Positions 1-10,469 are shown, numbered from the stretch's first letter. The stretch: 64,000 nucleotides of DNA from Syntrophorhabdaceae bacterium (GCA_963666485.2 CAXXUO010000004.1:128001-192000); one strand, 5' to 3'. Notes: generated by a model from the sequence alone, not told the origin. Numbers and translations: made by a program.

Positions 1-70
1 TCATGTTCTTTAAAAGAACAGGCGAGACGGCCTGACAGTTGAGATCGAATATTCCTGTAATACCGCACAT
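1..70 (-). CDS. asnB: Asparagine synthase (glutamine-hydrolysing)-family amidotransferase, N-terminal fragment (runs off window)
   Basis: Manual translation from ATG at 70 gives MCGITGIFDLNCQAVSPVLLKNM, the MCGI(A/T)G Ntn-amidotransferase start; such genes are typical of LPS/EPS loci. Confidence 0.8.
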   Translation of the reverse strand, partial: MCGITGIFDLNCQAVSPVLLKNM

Positions 71-123
71 GATCGGTTTATTCCTGAAACTACTATTGTG
101 GCCGGGTCCGGCTTCGAACTATT

Positions 124-1113
124 TCAGCCCGCAGCCCTTCTCCGTGCTTCCAATTCCTCAATATGATTCTTTCTCCACTCGATGAGTTTCTGGAAACCTT
201 CCTCGAGGTCCACCGTCCACGTAAAACCGAGGTCCTTTTCCGCTGCAACCGGGTCTCCGACCCGGTTCGTCACGAAGGTCTGACCTGCAGGTTCATACTG
301 CAAGGGCAGTGATGACCCGGTGATTCGAAGCAGAAGTTCAGCCAGTTCCTTTATCGATGTCTTGATTCCCCGACCCACGTTATAAAACCCGAATGGCACG
401 TCGGCCTTGAGGGAACACACATTGGCCCGCGCGACATCGCTGACATAGATAAAATCATATGACTGGCTGCCGTCCCCAAAGACAACCGGGGAAATTCCCT
501 TGTCTATGTTATCGAGTATCTTCATCATAACCGCGACATATGTGCCCTTGTAATCCTGCCGCGCCCCATACACATTCATGTACCTGAGGCAAACACCATT
601 CATGCCATACCGTTTATGGTATGCCTTGAACATGTGCTCGCTTGCGATCTTGGTGGCACCGTAGAAGGTCCAGTTGTTGTAAGGATGGTCTTCGGACATG
701 ATATCGGTAAGCGCATCGCCATAAACGGACGCCGAAGAAGAATAAACAAGCCTCTTGATGTTGTTGGCAACACAAGCTTCGAGCACGTTGAAAGTACCCC
801 TGATATTCACGTCGAAAGCAGCCTGGGGATATTCATAGCACTGAAGGAGCCAGAGGGCCGCAAGGTGAATCACGGCATCGGTGTTCTTCATGGCGGCATT
901 TAAAATATCGGTCTGCATAATATCGCCGCCGATCTCAAAAATGTTGCAGCGGTCGTCTTTCAGGGCTTCATTGAGGTTTTCATGGGTACCCCGGCAGAAA
1001 TTATCATAGACGGTTACCTTGCCGATATCTTCTTTCAAAAGCTCTTCAACCACATGGGAGCCGATAAGGCCCGCACCCCCCACAACAAGAATGTTCTTGC
1101 CTCTAATGTCCAT
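124..1113 (-). CDS. NAD-dependent epimerase/dehydratase (extended SDR)
   Basis: GGAGLIGS Rossmann motif, SSASVYG and YGATK catalytic motif. Confidence 0.9.
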   Translation of the reverse strand: MDIRGKNILVVGGAGLIGSHVVEELLKEDIGKVTVYDNFCRGTHENLNEALKDDRCNIFEIGGDIMQTDILNAAMKNTDAVIHLAALWLLQCYEYPQAAFDVNIRGTFNVLEACVANNIKRLVYSSSASVYGDALTDIMSEDHPYNNWTFYGATKIASEHMFKAYHKRYGMNGVCLRYMNVYGARQDYKGTYVAVMMKILDNIDKGISPVVFGDGSQSYDFIYVSDVARANVCSLKADVPFGFYNVGRGIKTSIKELAELLLRITGSSLPLQYEPAGQTFVTNRVGDPVAAEKDLGFTWTVDLEEGFQKLIEWRKNHIEELEARRRAAG

Positions 1114-1144
1114 CGCATCTCCTTATCAAAAATGGAATGAGCAA

Positions 1145-2311
1145 TTACCGGTCCTTCAATATCCTGCGTACTTCATCCGTGACCCTTCCGCAGTCCTCTT
1201 CCGTCATTAACGGCTCGATGGGAAGGCTCAGGACCTCCAGCGTTGCCGTCACAGTATTGTCGAGGTCACCAAAGGGCTTTTGTTTTCCGTTGAACACTTT
1301 CATGTGATGCAAAGGGACGGGATAATACACCATCGAATCGATCCCCGCCCTCTTGAGGCCTGCCTGCAGGCGGTCTCTTTCCCCGGCAAGGACTCTCAGC
1401 GTGTATTGATGGAACACATGCCCGGCATCGAAACCGCCGGGAGAGGTGGGCAGGATTATTCCGCTTTGCGCTCCCAACTCACGGTTATAGAAAGACGCTA
1501 TCTGTCTCCGGCGACCGTTGAATTGGTCGATATACCTCAATTTGGCCACTAAAATAGCAGCCTGAAGGGTATCAAGCCTTGCATTATAACCGACATGATC
1601 AACATTATATTTGTCCTTGCCCCCATGCTTAAGAAGCATCCTGACAAGATCTGCTATGGTATCGTCATTGGTCGCGACCATTCCCGCATCGCCGAAACCT
1701 CCAAGATTCTTTGACGGAAAGAAACTGAATGCCCCCGCATGGCCGACGGAACCTAACTTCTTTCCTTTAAAAGAGCCCCCAAAGGCCTGGGCCACATCCT
1801 CGAGAACAAAAAGATCATACTCCCTCGCGATGGCGAGTATTTCATCCATATCGCAGCCCTGCCCATAGAGGTGAACGGGAATGATGCCGACAACACGTGA
1901 ATGATCTTGTTCAACGCATTCTTTTATCTTTGCAGGGTCAATATTGTACGTTCCGGAATCGATATCGACAAAAACCGGGGTTGCCCCTGACCTGAGAATG
2001 GCATCACCCGTCGCCGTGAAAGTAAACGGCGTAGTTATGATCTCATCTTCATGATCGAAATATTCTTTGCCTTTACGTGATATGGCAAGGGCCCTCAACG
2101 CCAGCACCAGCGCATCAGTACCGGAAGACGCGCCGATACAGTGTTTGAGTTCAAGATACCCGGCCACCCGGCTCTCCAATTCAGCGACTTCCGGGCCCAG
2201 TATCCATTTTTGATGTTCAAGGCACCGGGCGATAGCCGCGTCAATATCTGCCTTCATGAATAGATATTCTGCGTGAAGGTCCAACATTGAAACGTGCTTT
2301 ATCTGATTCAT
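1145..2311 (-). CDS. wbpE: DegT/DnrJ/EryC1/StrS PLP aminotransferase, WbpE-like
   Basis: SGTDAL, PVHLYGQ, EDVAQAFG, FSFFPSKNLGGFGDAG and GYNARLD; clustered with wbpB/D/I/A-like genes. Confidence 0.85.
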   Translation of the reverse strand: MNQIKHVSMLDLHAEYLFMKADIDAAIARCLEHQKWILGPEVAELESRVAGYLELKHCIGASSGTDALVLALRALAISRKGKEYFDHEDEIITTPFTFTATGDAILRSGATPVFVDIDSGTYNIDPAKIKECVEQDHSRVVGIIPVHLYGQGCDMDEILAIAREYDLFVLEDVAQAFGGSFKGKKLGSVGHAGAFSFFPSKNLGGFGDAGMVATNDDTIADLVRMLLKHGGKDKYNVDHVGYNARLDTLQAAILVAKLRYIDQFNGRRRQIASFYNRELGAQSGIILPTSPGGFDAGHVFHQYTLRVLAGERDRLQAGLKRAGIDSMVYYPVPLHHMKVFNGKQKPFGDLDNTVTATLEVLSLPIEPLMTEEDCGRVTDEVRRILKDR

Positions 2312-2314
2312 GGT

Positions 2315-2941
2315 CTAGTTTTCCTGAACCGCAATTAACCCGCCGGACTTCAGGGTATATTCATTTCCGCAATAAGAGCATTTCAAGTCACCCCGGGTCT
2401 TCGCATCTTTACCGTTCGCCGTTAGCCGTTCGCCGTTAGCCGACTTAAGCGTCGTCCCGCATTTACATGTCCATCCCACCTGCCGTGCGGGCACTCCAGC
2501 CATAACGGCATAATCCGGAACATCCTTTTTCACGACAGCACCTGCGCCGATGATCGCATACCTTCCAATCGTGGATCCGCAAACGATCGTTGAATTAGCA
2601 CCGATGGTAGCACCTTTTTTGACACGGGTTTCCCTGAACTCATGTTTTCGTTCTATGAAAGCCCGGGGGTTATATACATTCGTGAATACACACGATGGGC
2701 CGCAGAAGACCTCATCCTCGAGGACCACGCCTCTGTACACAGAAACATTGTTCTGAATCTTGCAGCGGTCCCCGACAACGGCATCACGCTCCACACATAC
2801 ATTCTGGCCTATGATACAATTCCTGCCAATCCTGGCCCCGGAGAGAATATGCGAGAAATGCCATATTTTTGTTCCATCACCTATTTGCACGTTATCATCG
2901 ACATAACTGCTTTCATGCACAAAAAACTGTCCTTCACTCAT
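2315..2941 (-). CDS. wbpD: Hexapeptide-repeat N-acetyltransferase, WbpD-like
   Basis: GTKIWHFSHIL, CKIQNNVSVY, GPSCVFTNVYNPR, GATIGANSTIVCG and a C-terminal CxCG...CxxCG. Confidence 0.85.
   Translation of the reverse strand: MSEGQFFVHESSYVDDNVQIGDGTKIWHFSHILSGARIGRNCIIGQNVCVERDAVVGDRCKIQNNVSVYRGVVLEDEVFCGPSCVFTNVYNPRAFIERKHEFRETRVKKGATIGANSTIVCGSTIGRYAIIGAGAVVKKDVPDYAVMAGVPARQVGWTCKCGTTLKSANGERLTANGKDAKTRGDLKCSYCGNEYTLKSGGLIAVQEN
2412..2442. repeat. Heptamer tandem repeat (CCGTTCG/CCGTTAG x4) inside the wbpD coding sequence
   Basis: ccgttcg ccgttag ccgttcg ccgttag ccg; same unit as the intergenic arrays at 19265 and 21740. Confidence 0.85.
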
Positions 2942-2945
2942 ATGT

Positions 2946-4097
2946 CTAATCCAATCCTTTAAGAATCGTTACGATCCTGTCCACGGCGTGACCATCCCCA
3001 TAATAGGGATGCCAGTCACCGGGACCGGTCCCGCGGGCAAGTCCGATCGCTGTCCCTGCTATCTTTTCCCTGTCAATTCCCGTCAGAATGTTCCAGCCGC
3101 TTTCAACGAGTTCAACCCACTCTGTTTCATTTCTCGGTATGATGCAGGGCACCCGAAAGAAAAAACCTTCTTTTTGAACGCCCCCGGAATCCGTGATTAT
3201 ACCGGATGCATTGCTCTCGAGAACGAGCATTTCACTATACGATACAGGTTCGGCACATTGAATGTTCGTTTCCGTATCGAGCGGAATTGAATTTTCCATG
3301 AACGCTTTTCGTGTCCTGGGATGCAGAGGGAAAAAGACGTTGATCCCTGCCCGGGCTATTTCCCCGAGTGCCTCCCAAATAATACGCAGATTATCGGGAT
3401 TGTCCGTGTTTTCCGCCCGATGGATGGTAACCAGTATATATTTGTTCTTTGCCAATCCGAACCTTTCCAGGACACTGCCGGGATTGACCATCTCGCACAT
3501 TGAAACGGCAATGTCGTACATGACATCGCCAACATTTGCCACAAGCGGCATGGCGGAACCGGGACCGACCGCCGGATCATCCCTGTCGATCAATTTCCCG
3601 CCATTCACAGGATTGTCAAATCCTTCCTTTACCAGGTTATTTATCGATATTTCCGTCGGGCAGAACAGAATATCCGACACGTGGTCCGTGACGACCCTGT
3701 TGACCTCCTCGGGCATGCTTTTGTTGTAACTTCGCAACCCTGCCTCCACGTGGGCGACCGGTACATGTATCTTCGACGCGGCCAGCGACCCGGCCAGTGT
3801 CGAATTTGTATCCCCGTAAACGAGGACGAGATCGGGTTTCTCCCGGAGCAAAATTTGTTCTATTGAAGACAGCATATCGCCGGTTTGTTTCCCGTGAGAT
3901 GCAGAACCCACTCCCAGATGGTAATCGGGTTGCGGTATACCAAGCTCCGCGAAAAAGATGTCCGACATGTTCAGGTCATAATGCTGCCCCGTATGCACGA
4001 GGACTTCCCGAAAACCGTTGTCGCGCAATTGCCGGCAAACCCGGGATGCTTTTATGAATTGAGGCCTGGCCCCTACTATGCTGACGATCTTTTTCAT
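2946..4097 (-). CDS. wecB: UDP-N-acetylglucosamine 2-epimerase (non-hydrolysing), WbpI/WecB-like
   Basis: GARPQFIK, HTGQHYD, GDTNSTLAG, HVEAGLRS and TDSGGVQKE. Confidence 0.9.
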   Translation of the reverse strand: MKKIVSIVGARPQFIKASRVCRQLRDNGFREVLVHTGQHYDLNMSDIFFAELGIPQPDYHLGVGSASHGKQTGDMLSSIEQILLREKPDLVLVYGDTNSTLAGSLAASKIHVPVAHVEAGLRSYNKSMPEEVNRVVTDHVSDILFCPTEISINNLVKEGFDNPVNGGKLIDRDDPAVGPGSAMPLVANVGDVMYDIAVSMCEMVNPGSVLERFGLAKNKYILVTIHRAENTDNPDNLRIIWEALGEIARAGINVFFPLHPRTRKAFMENSIPLDTETNIQCAEPVSYSEMLVLESNASGIITDSGGVQKEGFFFRVPCIIPRNETEWVELVESGWNILTGIDREKIAGTAIGLARGTGPGDWHPYYGDGHAVDRIVTILKGLD

Positions 4098-4108
4098 TGC
4101 GCCAAAGG

Positions 4109-5065
4109 TCAGGGAACGTCCAGGTTCTTCAATAGCGGGTGATACTCGCCTTTCAGGCCCACCGGTTTTGCGTTGCGGATCTCGAATGCCGTTTCGATGG
4201 ACTGCTTGACATCGCTTAGTCCAAACCCGTCGCCTTCGAGTATCTTCTGATAGCTGACAGTGTGCAGATCCGTAAACCCGTCGGAGAACTCAATTTCTTC
4301 GCCATTGACCGTGATCGACCTGTACGTCGTCTTTTTTTCGGCAACTGCATTCTCCGGGAGATCATTTCTGTCAAGCGAGAGGAACCAGCGGACCCGGGCA
4401 TTGGCAAGTTCCAGGAAACCGGCGGCCTTCGTCTCCTGGTGCACATGAACGACATTCCTTTGAACCGGCCCGAAGATCCACTGCAGCATGTCAAAAAAAT
4501 GGATACCGATGTTCGTCGCCACCCCGCCGGATTTCGAGATGTCCCCTTTCCATGAAACGAGGTACCATCTGCCCCGCGACGTGATGTACGTCAGGTCGAT
4601 GTTGACCTTCGTGTCCTTGGGCCCGGCCAGGCTCCTCTCTTTCAACGCGATGATGGATGGATGGAGCCTTAGCTGCAGGATGGAATTTACGCGCCTGCCC
4701 GTTTCTTTCTGCATTTCTTCCAGCGCGTCAACATTCCACGGATTGAGGACCAACGGTTTTTCACAGATCGCGTCGGCGCCGACCCTCAACGCGAAGCGCA
4801 TATGGGCGTCATGGAGATAGTTCGGGGAAGCGATGCTGACATAGTGGATCCGCTTGTCATCGTCCGTCCTCTTGAGGCGTTCGACATGCCTGTCCAGTCT
4901 TTCGAATTCGATGAAGAAACTGGCATCGGGAAAATAACTGTCGATAACCCCTACGGCATCATGCTTGTCCAGGGCTGCGGCAAGATTGTTGCCCGTCTCT
5001 TTGATCGCTTTCATGTGCCGGGGGGCGATATATCCTGCAGCACCGATCAAGGCAAAGTTTTTCAT
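4109..5065 (-). CDS. wbpB: Gfo/Idh/MocA oxidoreductase, WbpB-like UDP-GlcNAcA 3-dehydrogenase
   Basis: MKNFALIGAAGYIAPRH, SPNYLHDAH, ICEKPLV and ATNIGIHFFDML. Confidence 0.88.
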   Translation of the reverse strand: MKNFALIGAAGYIAPRHMKAIKETGNNLAAALDKHDAVGVIDSYFPDASFFIEFERLDRHVERLKRTDDDKRIHYVSIASPNYLHDAHMRFALRVGADAICEKPLVLNPWNVDALEEMQKETGRRVNSILQLRLHPSIIALKERSLAGPKDTKVNIDLTYITSRGRWYLVSWKGDISKSGGVATNIGIHFFDMLQWIFGPVQRNVVHVHQETKAAGFLELANARVRWFLSLDRNDLPENAVAEKKTTYRSITVNGEEIEFSDGFTDLHTVSYQKILEGDGFGLSDVKQSIETAFEIRNAKPVGLKGEYHPLLKNLDVP

Positions 5066-5105
5066 ATTAGATCCTCATAAAATAACTGAAAACAAAATAT
5101 CGCTC

Positions 5106-6047
5106 TCAACCGTTCCTACGTTGCACGTACCAATCTACGGTCTTCTCAAGGCCCGCCTGGAAATCGACCTTAGGTTCATAACCCAGAAGCGATCTCGCTG
5201 TCTCGATCGAGGCAAAGGAATGCTTTATGTCCCCGGACCGCGGATCGTCATAACGGGCATGTATGTCCTTCCCGAGAATCCTGTTTATCGATGCGACGAG
5301 TTCATTGAGCGTTACACTGCCCTGGCACGCGCAATTCATTACGGACCCCGCAGGACAATTGCCCGTCGCAGCAAGAAGATTGCCCATAACAACATTTTCA
5401 ACAAACGTAAAATCCCTGCTTTGCTTGCCATCCCCGAATATCACCGGCCTTTCCCCGTCCAGTATCGCATTGATAAATTTCGGGATCACTGCGGCGTATT
5501 GGGAATTCGGGTCCTGCCGTGGGCCAAACACATTGAAGTACCGTAAAGCCACCGTGTGAAGACCGTACGTTCGTGCAAAAACAACGCAATATTTTTCGGC
5601 CGCCAGTTTCGTAACGGCGTACGGCGATATGGGGTTCGGAGCCAGGCCTTCATGCTTCGGCAGAACAGGGTTGTCGCCATATACGGAAGACGACGAAGCA
5701 AAGACCACTCTCTCCACGCCGGTTTCGTGTGCAGCCCTCAGGACATTCAGCGTCCCGGTGATATTGACGTCATTACTGGTAGCCGGGTCCTTGATGGACC
5801 GCGGCACCGACGGAAGTGCGGCCTGGTGCAGAACAATGTCGGATCCTTTCATTGCTTTACTCAGAGCTTCAAAATCCCTTATATCGCCCTCAACGATGTC
5901 GATGACATCTTCATGCGGGGCCAGGTTCTCCCGGTGCCCCGTGTAAAAATTATCGAAGACGGTGACCCGGTCGTTCCGCTGCGTCAGCGCATGGACTATG
6001 TTCGACCCGATAAAACCGGCACCGCCTGTCACAAAGTACTTTTTCAT
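5106..6047 (-). CDS. SDR UDP-GlcNAc 4-epimerase, WbpP-like
   Basis: TGGAGFIGS, HQAALPSVPRS, YAVTK and RYFNVFGPRQDP. Confidence 0.85.
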   Translation of the reverse strand: MKKYFVTGGAGFIGSNIVHALTQRNDRVTVFDNFYTGHRENLAPHEDVIDIVEGDIRDFEALSKAMKGSDIVLHQAALPSVPRSIKDPATSNDVNITGTLNVLRAAHETGVERVVFASSSSVYGDNPVLPKHEGLAPNPISPYAVTKLAAEKYCVVFARTYGLHTVALRYFNVFGPRQDPNSQYAAVIPKFINAILDGERPVIFGDGKQSRDFTFVENVVMGNLLAATGNCPAGSVMNCACQGSVTLNELVASINRILGKDIHARYDDPRSGDIKHSFASIETARSLLGYEPKVDFQAGLEKTVDWYVQRRNG

Positions 6048-6063
6048 GGTTCGCGCATACCTC

Positions 6064-7368
6064 TTATGCGGAATAAATGCGGCCCCTTAACTTTTCTTTA
6101 TCAACAATATTCCTGGTGTCCACGATCGGTACACCAAAAGAACTAAAGTCTACGGAGTGGTACTCCGCATGGGGTGTAGCGATGAGGAACAGGTCGTAGT
6201 CCCCGGTGATCTCACGCGATTCTTTTCCGGCATAGCGTGCAAATTCCCGTGACGGCCTTATCACGGGGATGTTCGGATCGTTGTATTCCACCATGGCCCC
6301 CATTTTTTCAAGTTTGTCCATGAGGTGATACGAAGGGGATTCCCTGTCATCGTCGATATCGGCTTTATACGCAAGGCCGAGGATGAGTACCCTGGCACCT
6401 TTGACAGGCTTTCCTGACTCATTCAGGGCATGGATCACTTTTGAGACCACAAAGTCGGGCATGGCGGTGTTGATCTGCCCGGCCAATTCGATGAACCGTG
6501 TGGGGCACTCATATTCCCGGGCCTTCCAGGTAAGATAAAAAGGGTCAATGGGAATGCAGTGGCCGCCCAGTCCGGGGCCGGGATAAAAAGCCTGGAATCC
6601 AAAAGGTTTTGTCCGGGCGGCATTTATAACTTCCCAGATATTGATGTCCATTTTATCGAAGAGGATCTTCAGTTCATTCACAAGAGCGATGTTCACGGCC
6701 CTGTAGATGTTCTCGAGAAGTTTTGTTGCTTCCGCCGCACGGGTACTCGATACCGGGACCGTTTTCTGCACGATCGAGTCGTACAAAGCCTGGGCCAGCC
6801 GGCAGCATTCGGGTGTATACCCTCCAACAACCTTCGGTACCGTCGTCAGCCCGAAATCCTTGTTGTTCGGGTCTTCCCGTTCCGGTGAGAAAGCGAGGTA
6901 AAAATCCTTCCCCGCAACAAGCCCTGATCTTTCCAGTATCATCCGCATATCCTGGTCGGTCGTCCCGGGGTAGGTCGTGGACTCAAGGATCACAAGCTGC
7001 CCTTTTCGCATATTTTCCGATATCGACCGGGCAGTTTCGAAAACATATTTCATCTCGGGCTCCCTGTTTTTGTTCAGGGGCGTCGGAACGCACACGAGAA
7101 TACAGTCCATCCCGCTCAGACGCGTAAAATCGGAGGTAGAAGTAAATCGGGCCGTACTTTCGGGGTTGTCGAAAACGACAGACATATCGATATGCTTGAT
7201 GTAGCTTTGTTTGTTTGCCAGTTTTGTTATCTTGGATTCATCGACGTCAAAACCCGTCAATGTGAAACCGTTCCTGAAGAATTCGATAGCCAGGGGAAGA
7301 CCGACGTACCCGAGGCCGATTATCCCGATGTGCGCTTTTTTGTTTTTGATCTTGTCTATCAGATCCAC
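6064..7368 (-). CDS. wbpA: Nucleotide-sugar (UDP-GlcNAc) 6-dehydrogenase, WbpA-like
   Basis: GLGYVGLP, ESTTYPGTT, FSPEREDP and GGHCIPIDP; start set at GTG 7368 because the longer track ORF overlaps the MarR gene. Confidence 0.88.
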   Translation of the reverse strand: MDLIDKIKNKKAHIGIIGLGYVGLPLAIEFFRNGFTLTGFDVDESKITKLANKQSYIKHIDMSVVFDNPESTARFTSTSDFTRLSGMDCILVCVPTPLNKNREPEMKYVFETARSISENMRKGQLVILESTTYPGTTDQDMRMILERSGLVAGKDFYLAFSPEREDPNNKDFGLTTVPKVVGGYTPECCRLAQALYDSIVQKTVPVSSTRAAEATKLLENIYRAVNIALVNELKILFDKMDINIWEVINAARTKPFGFQAFYPGPGLGGHCIPIDPFYLTWKAREYECPTRFIELAGQINTAMPDFVVSKVIHALNESGKPVKGARVLILGLAYKADIDDDRESPSYHLMDKLEKMGAMVEYNDPNIPVIRPSREFARYAGKESREITGDYDLFLIATPHAEYHSVDFSSFGVPIVDTRNIVDKEKLRGRIYSA

Positions 7369-7399
7369 CTTAAAACCCCCACAATTTAATTTGCCGAAC

Positions 7400-7720
7400 C
7401 TACTGGGAAGATTTAATCTCGCCCTTAAGCTCTTCGATTTCCTTCTGCAGCCTTTCGTATTCATCCAGTTTAAGCTGCAGGAAATACTGCGTCTGCCGGA
7501 CCCTTTCATTGATCCCCTGCGGGGTCAGGACATAAATGTACGCCGCCTTGTTGTTTGAGTTCTTGAAACGTTGTGCCTTGACGTAGCCTTTCTTGATAAG
7601 TTCTTTCAAGATGAAGTTGACGCTTCCGAGGCTGAGCCCGATCCTTTTTGACAGATCACGCTGAGAGATTTCTCTCGCTTCCGACAACTCTCTGAGTGTT
7701 TTAAATTGTGCTTCGTTCAT
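7400..7720 (-). CDS. MarR-family EPS-associated transcriptional regulator
   Basis: ISQRDLSKRIGLSLGSVNF, KAQRFKNSNNKAAYIYVLTPQG and EYERLQKEI are typical of the MarR_EPS type; first gene of the sugar operon. Confidence 0.85.
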   Translation of the reverse strand: MNEAQFKTLRELSEAREISQRDLSKRIGLSLGSVNFILKELIKKGYVKAQRFKNSNNKAAYIYVLTPQGINERVRQTQYFLQLKLDEYERLQKEIEELKGEIKSSQ

Positions 7721-7790
7721 GGAAGGATTCACGACAGGCTACCGCCACGGCGTTCGATGCTCTATCGTGACAAATTAAAATGATTATTGA

Positions 7791-7811
7791 TGTGTTCAGG
7801 CATTGAACACA
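7791..7811. promoter_or_regulatory. Perfect inverted repeat TGTGTTCA-N5-TGAACACA; candidate operator in the divergent marR/gmd intergenic region
   Basis: Seen directly; function inferred. Confidence 0.5.
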
Positions 7812-7961
7812 CTCATCTTCTCAGTTATACTGATATAAGTCAAGTTATTTCTAATAAAAGTCGATAAACTATTATAGTGTTTTTCTCCATATTGATTTCG
7901 GGCCCGACTGGCGTGTAAGATTAGTATTACACGATAATAAACACCCAGATAAGGAGATCAC

Positions 7962-9110
7962 ATGAAGCGTGCATTAGTTACAGGGATCACGGGGCAGGAT
8001 GGATCTTATCTCACTGAATTTCTCCTGAATAAAGGCTACGAAGTACACGGCATTATTCGGCGGGCCAGCACGTTCAACACGGGGCGGATCGACCATATCT
8101 ATTCCGACCCGCATAATCCCTCGACCAACCTGTTCCTGCATTACGGCGATCTTTCGGACTCCGGGCAGCTTATTGAGATAATCTACGACATCAAACCCCT
8201 GGAAATATATCATCTCGGCGCACAAAGCCATGTCCGCGTCAGCTTTGACACTCCCGAATATACGGGGGATATAACCGGAATGGGTGCAACAAGAATACTT
8301 GAAGCGATCCGCCGCAGCAGTATCAGGACAAAGTATTACCAGGCGTCGTCTTCCGAATTATTTGGCGCATCCCCTGCCCCGCAGTCCGAGACCACGCCGT
8401 TCTATCCCCGAAGCCCGTATGCGGCAGCCAAACTGTACGCATACTGGATGACCGTCAATTACCGCGACGGCTATGGGTTGTTCGCCTGCAACGGTATCCT
8501 TTTTAACCATGAATCTCCGAGGCGCGGTGAAACGTTCGTGACCAGAAAAATTACGCGGGCCCTGGCAAACATCGTTGCGGGAAACCAGCACAGGTTATAC
8601 CTCGGAAATCTCGACTCCAAAAGAGACTGGGGTTTTGCCCCTGAATATGTGGAGATGATGTGGTTGATGCTCCAGCAAGACAAGGCCGACGATTATGCTA
8701 TAGGGACCGGCGAAAGCCATTCCGTCCGGGAAATGCTGGAAACTGCGTTTCGCTATATCGGGATCGAACTTGAATGGAAAGGGACCGGGGTTGGGGAAAA
8801 AGCTCTGATCGCATCGGTCGACAAGGGCTTAAACCTCAAGACCGGTGATACCATCATCGAGATCGATCCGCGGTATTTCAGGCCTACGGAGGTGAACCAC
8901 CTTCAGGCGGACATATCCAAGGCCAGGAGACAATTGGGCTGGGAACCGAGGATCACATTCGCGGAACTTATAAAGACAATGGTCGATTATGACCTCCAGA
9001 TGGTCGGTGTGAAAGCGCCCGGCGAAGGCATCAAGGCTTGCCTTGAAAAAGGGTTCTGTTATACAGATCACAGTTATTCCCTGTATGAAAAGATCCGCGA
9101 AGGGTCTTGA
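7962..9110 (+). CDS. gmd: GDP-mannose 4,6-dehydratase
   Basis: [33 protein letters not shown] and [26 protein letters not shown]. Confidence 0.96.
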   Translation: MKRALVTGITGQDGSYLTEFLLNKGYEVHGIIRRASTFNTGRIDHIYSDPHNPSTNLFLHYGDLSDSGQLIEIIYDIKPLEIYHLGAQSHVRVSFDTPEYTGDITGMGATRILEAIRRSSIRTKYYQASSSELFGASPAPQSETTPFYPRSPYAAAKLYAYWMTVNYRDGYGLFACNGILFNHESPRRGETFVTRKITRALANIVAGNQHRLYLGNLDSKRDWGFAPEYVEMMWLMLQQDKADDYAIGTGESHSVREMLETAFRYIGIELEWKGTGVGEKALIASVDKGLNLKTGDTIIEIDPRYFRPTEVNHLQADISKARRQLGWEPRITFAELIKTMVDYDLQMVGVKAPGEGIKACLEKGFCYTDHSYSLYEKIREGS

Positions 9111-9125
9111 TAATACATTCTAACG

Positions 9126-10235
9126 ATGAACAGAACAGTGATGACATTCAACGACAAGCATATTACCGTGACCGGGGGCAAAGGGTTTCTTGGAAGACAC
9201 GTGATAAGCAAACTCCGCTCGCTTTCATGCACGAATGTGATGATAGCAGATCTTCCCGAATACGACCTTACAGACATTTCCCATATCAGGCGAATGTATG
9301 ACGAACAAAGGCCCGACATCGTGATCCACCTCGCAGCCAGGGTTGGCGGGATCGGGTTTAACCAGGAGAACCCCGCATCGCTCTTTTATGAGAACGCAAT
9401 GATGGGTATTCAGTTGCTGCATGAAGGCTACGCACATAAGATCGAGAAGTTTGTGGCCCTCGGCACCATCTGCGCCTATCCCAAGTTCACATCCGTCCCT
9501 TTCCACGAAGAAGACTTATGGAACGGCTATCCGGAAGAGACCAACGCACCGTATGGCCTTGCAAAAAAGATGGTACTCGTTCAGTCCCAGGCTTACCGTC
9601 AACAGTACGGGTTCAACTCAATATTCCTCCTGCCCGTCAACTTGTACGGCCCGGGAGATAATTTCAGTTTCAAGTCTTCACATGTTATTCCGGCACTTAT
9701 CAGAAAATTCCATCTCGCTCGTCTTCTTGCCGCAGGAGATGTTGCAGGCATTATCACCGATTTTATTATCAATGAGGACACCGATGCGGTGATTGACGGC
9801 TCACCGGTCACGATCGACAGGAGCTCATCGCCCGAAGAAGTCGTGAGGCTTCTTAATCATTACGGTATTTCCAACAACGATGGAGAACAGGTAGCGGTCG
9901 AGATCTGGGGTACCGGGTCTGCTACCCGAGAGTTTTTCTATGCAGAAGATGCAGCGGAGGCCGTAATTGCCGCCACGCAAAGCTACAATAAGAGCGATCC
10001 GGTAAATATCGGCGCGGGTTTCGAGATATCGATAAAGGACCTGGTGGAGCTTATAGCAGGGCTCATGAGATTTAACGGAAGAATTATTTGGGACCACACA
10101 AAACCCGACGGTCAACCCCGGCGCATGCTGGACACAACGAAGGCCCGCGAAGAATTTGATTTTACTGCCCATACATCGTTCAAGGAAGGGTTGACAAGGA
10201 CTATCGAGTGGTACTCTATGAGAAATAATGAATAA
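9126..10235 (+). CDS. fcl: GDP-L-fucose synthase with an internal insertion
   Basis: [51 protein letters not shown] and KPDGQPRR; follows gmd. Confidence 0.92.
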   Translation: MNRTVMTFNDKHITVTGGKGFLGRHVISKLRSLSCTNVMIADLPEYDLTDISHIRRMYDEQRPDIVIHLAARVGGIGFNQENPASLFYENAMMGIQLLHEGYAHKIEKFVALGTICAYPKFTSVPFHEEDLWNGYPEETNAPYGLAKKMVLVQSQAYRQQYGFNSIFLLPVNLYGPGDNFSFKSSHVIPALIRKFHLARLLAAGDVAGIITDFIINEDTDAVIDGSPVTIDRSSSPEEVVRLLNHYGISNNDGEQVAVEIWGTGSATREFFYAEDAAEAVIAATQSYNKSDPVNIGAGFEISIKDLVELIAGLMRFNGRIIWDHTKPDGQPRRMLDTTKAREEFDFTAHTSFKEGLTRTIEWYSMRNNE

Positions 10236-10469
10236 TCAATCCTCGCTCAGGGAAATCCTGGTCTCGACGATCCTCCGTGACAGTTTCGGGCGTCCCGATA
10301 ATTGTGAGATTTTCGACGTCGACGCAGGATACGGGACGTGATGTTGAATCGATGTGTATCCCTGTGAAGGAAAAACACCGGATTGCGAATATGTCCGAAG
10401 AAATACTCGAATTTATATACGGCCGCTAAACGAAATTAAACAAAGATACAGCGGACCATCCGAAAAACG

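Noticed and set aside
7369..7509. Extended N termini given by the ORF track for wbpA (also glcD, ilvD, yqeB, DUF1858, hbd and the acyl-CoA dehydrogenase)
   Set aside because: The extensions overlap neighbouring genes or repeats; downstream starts fit family N termini and RBS positions
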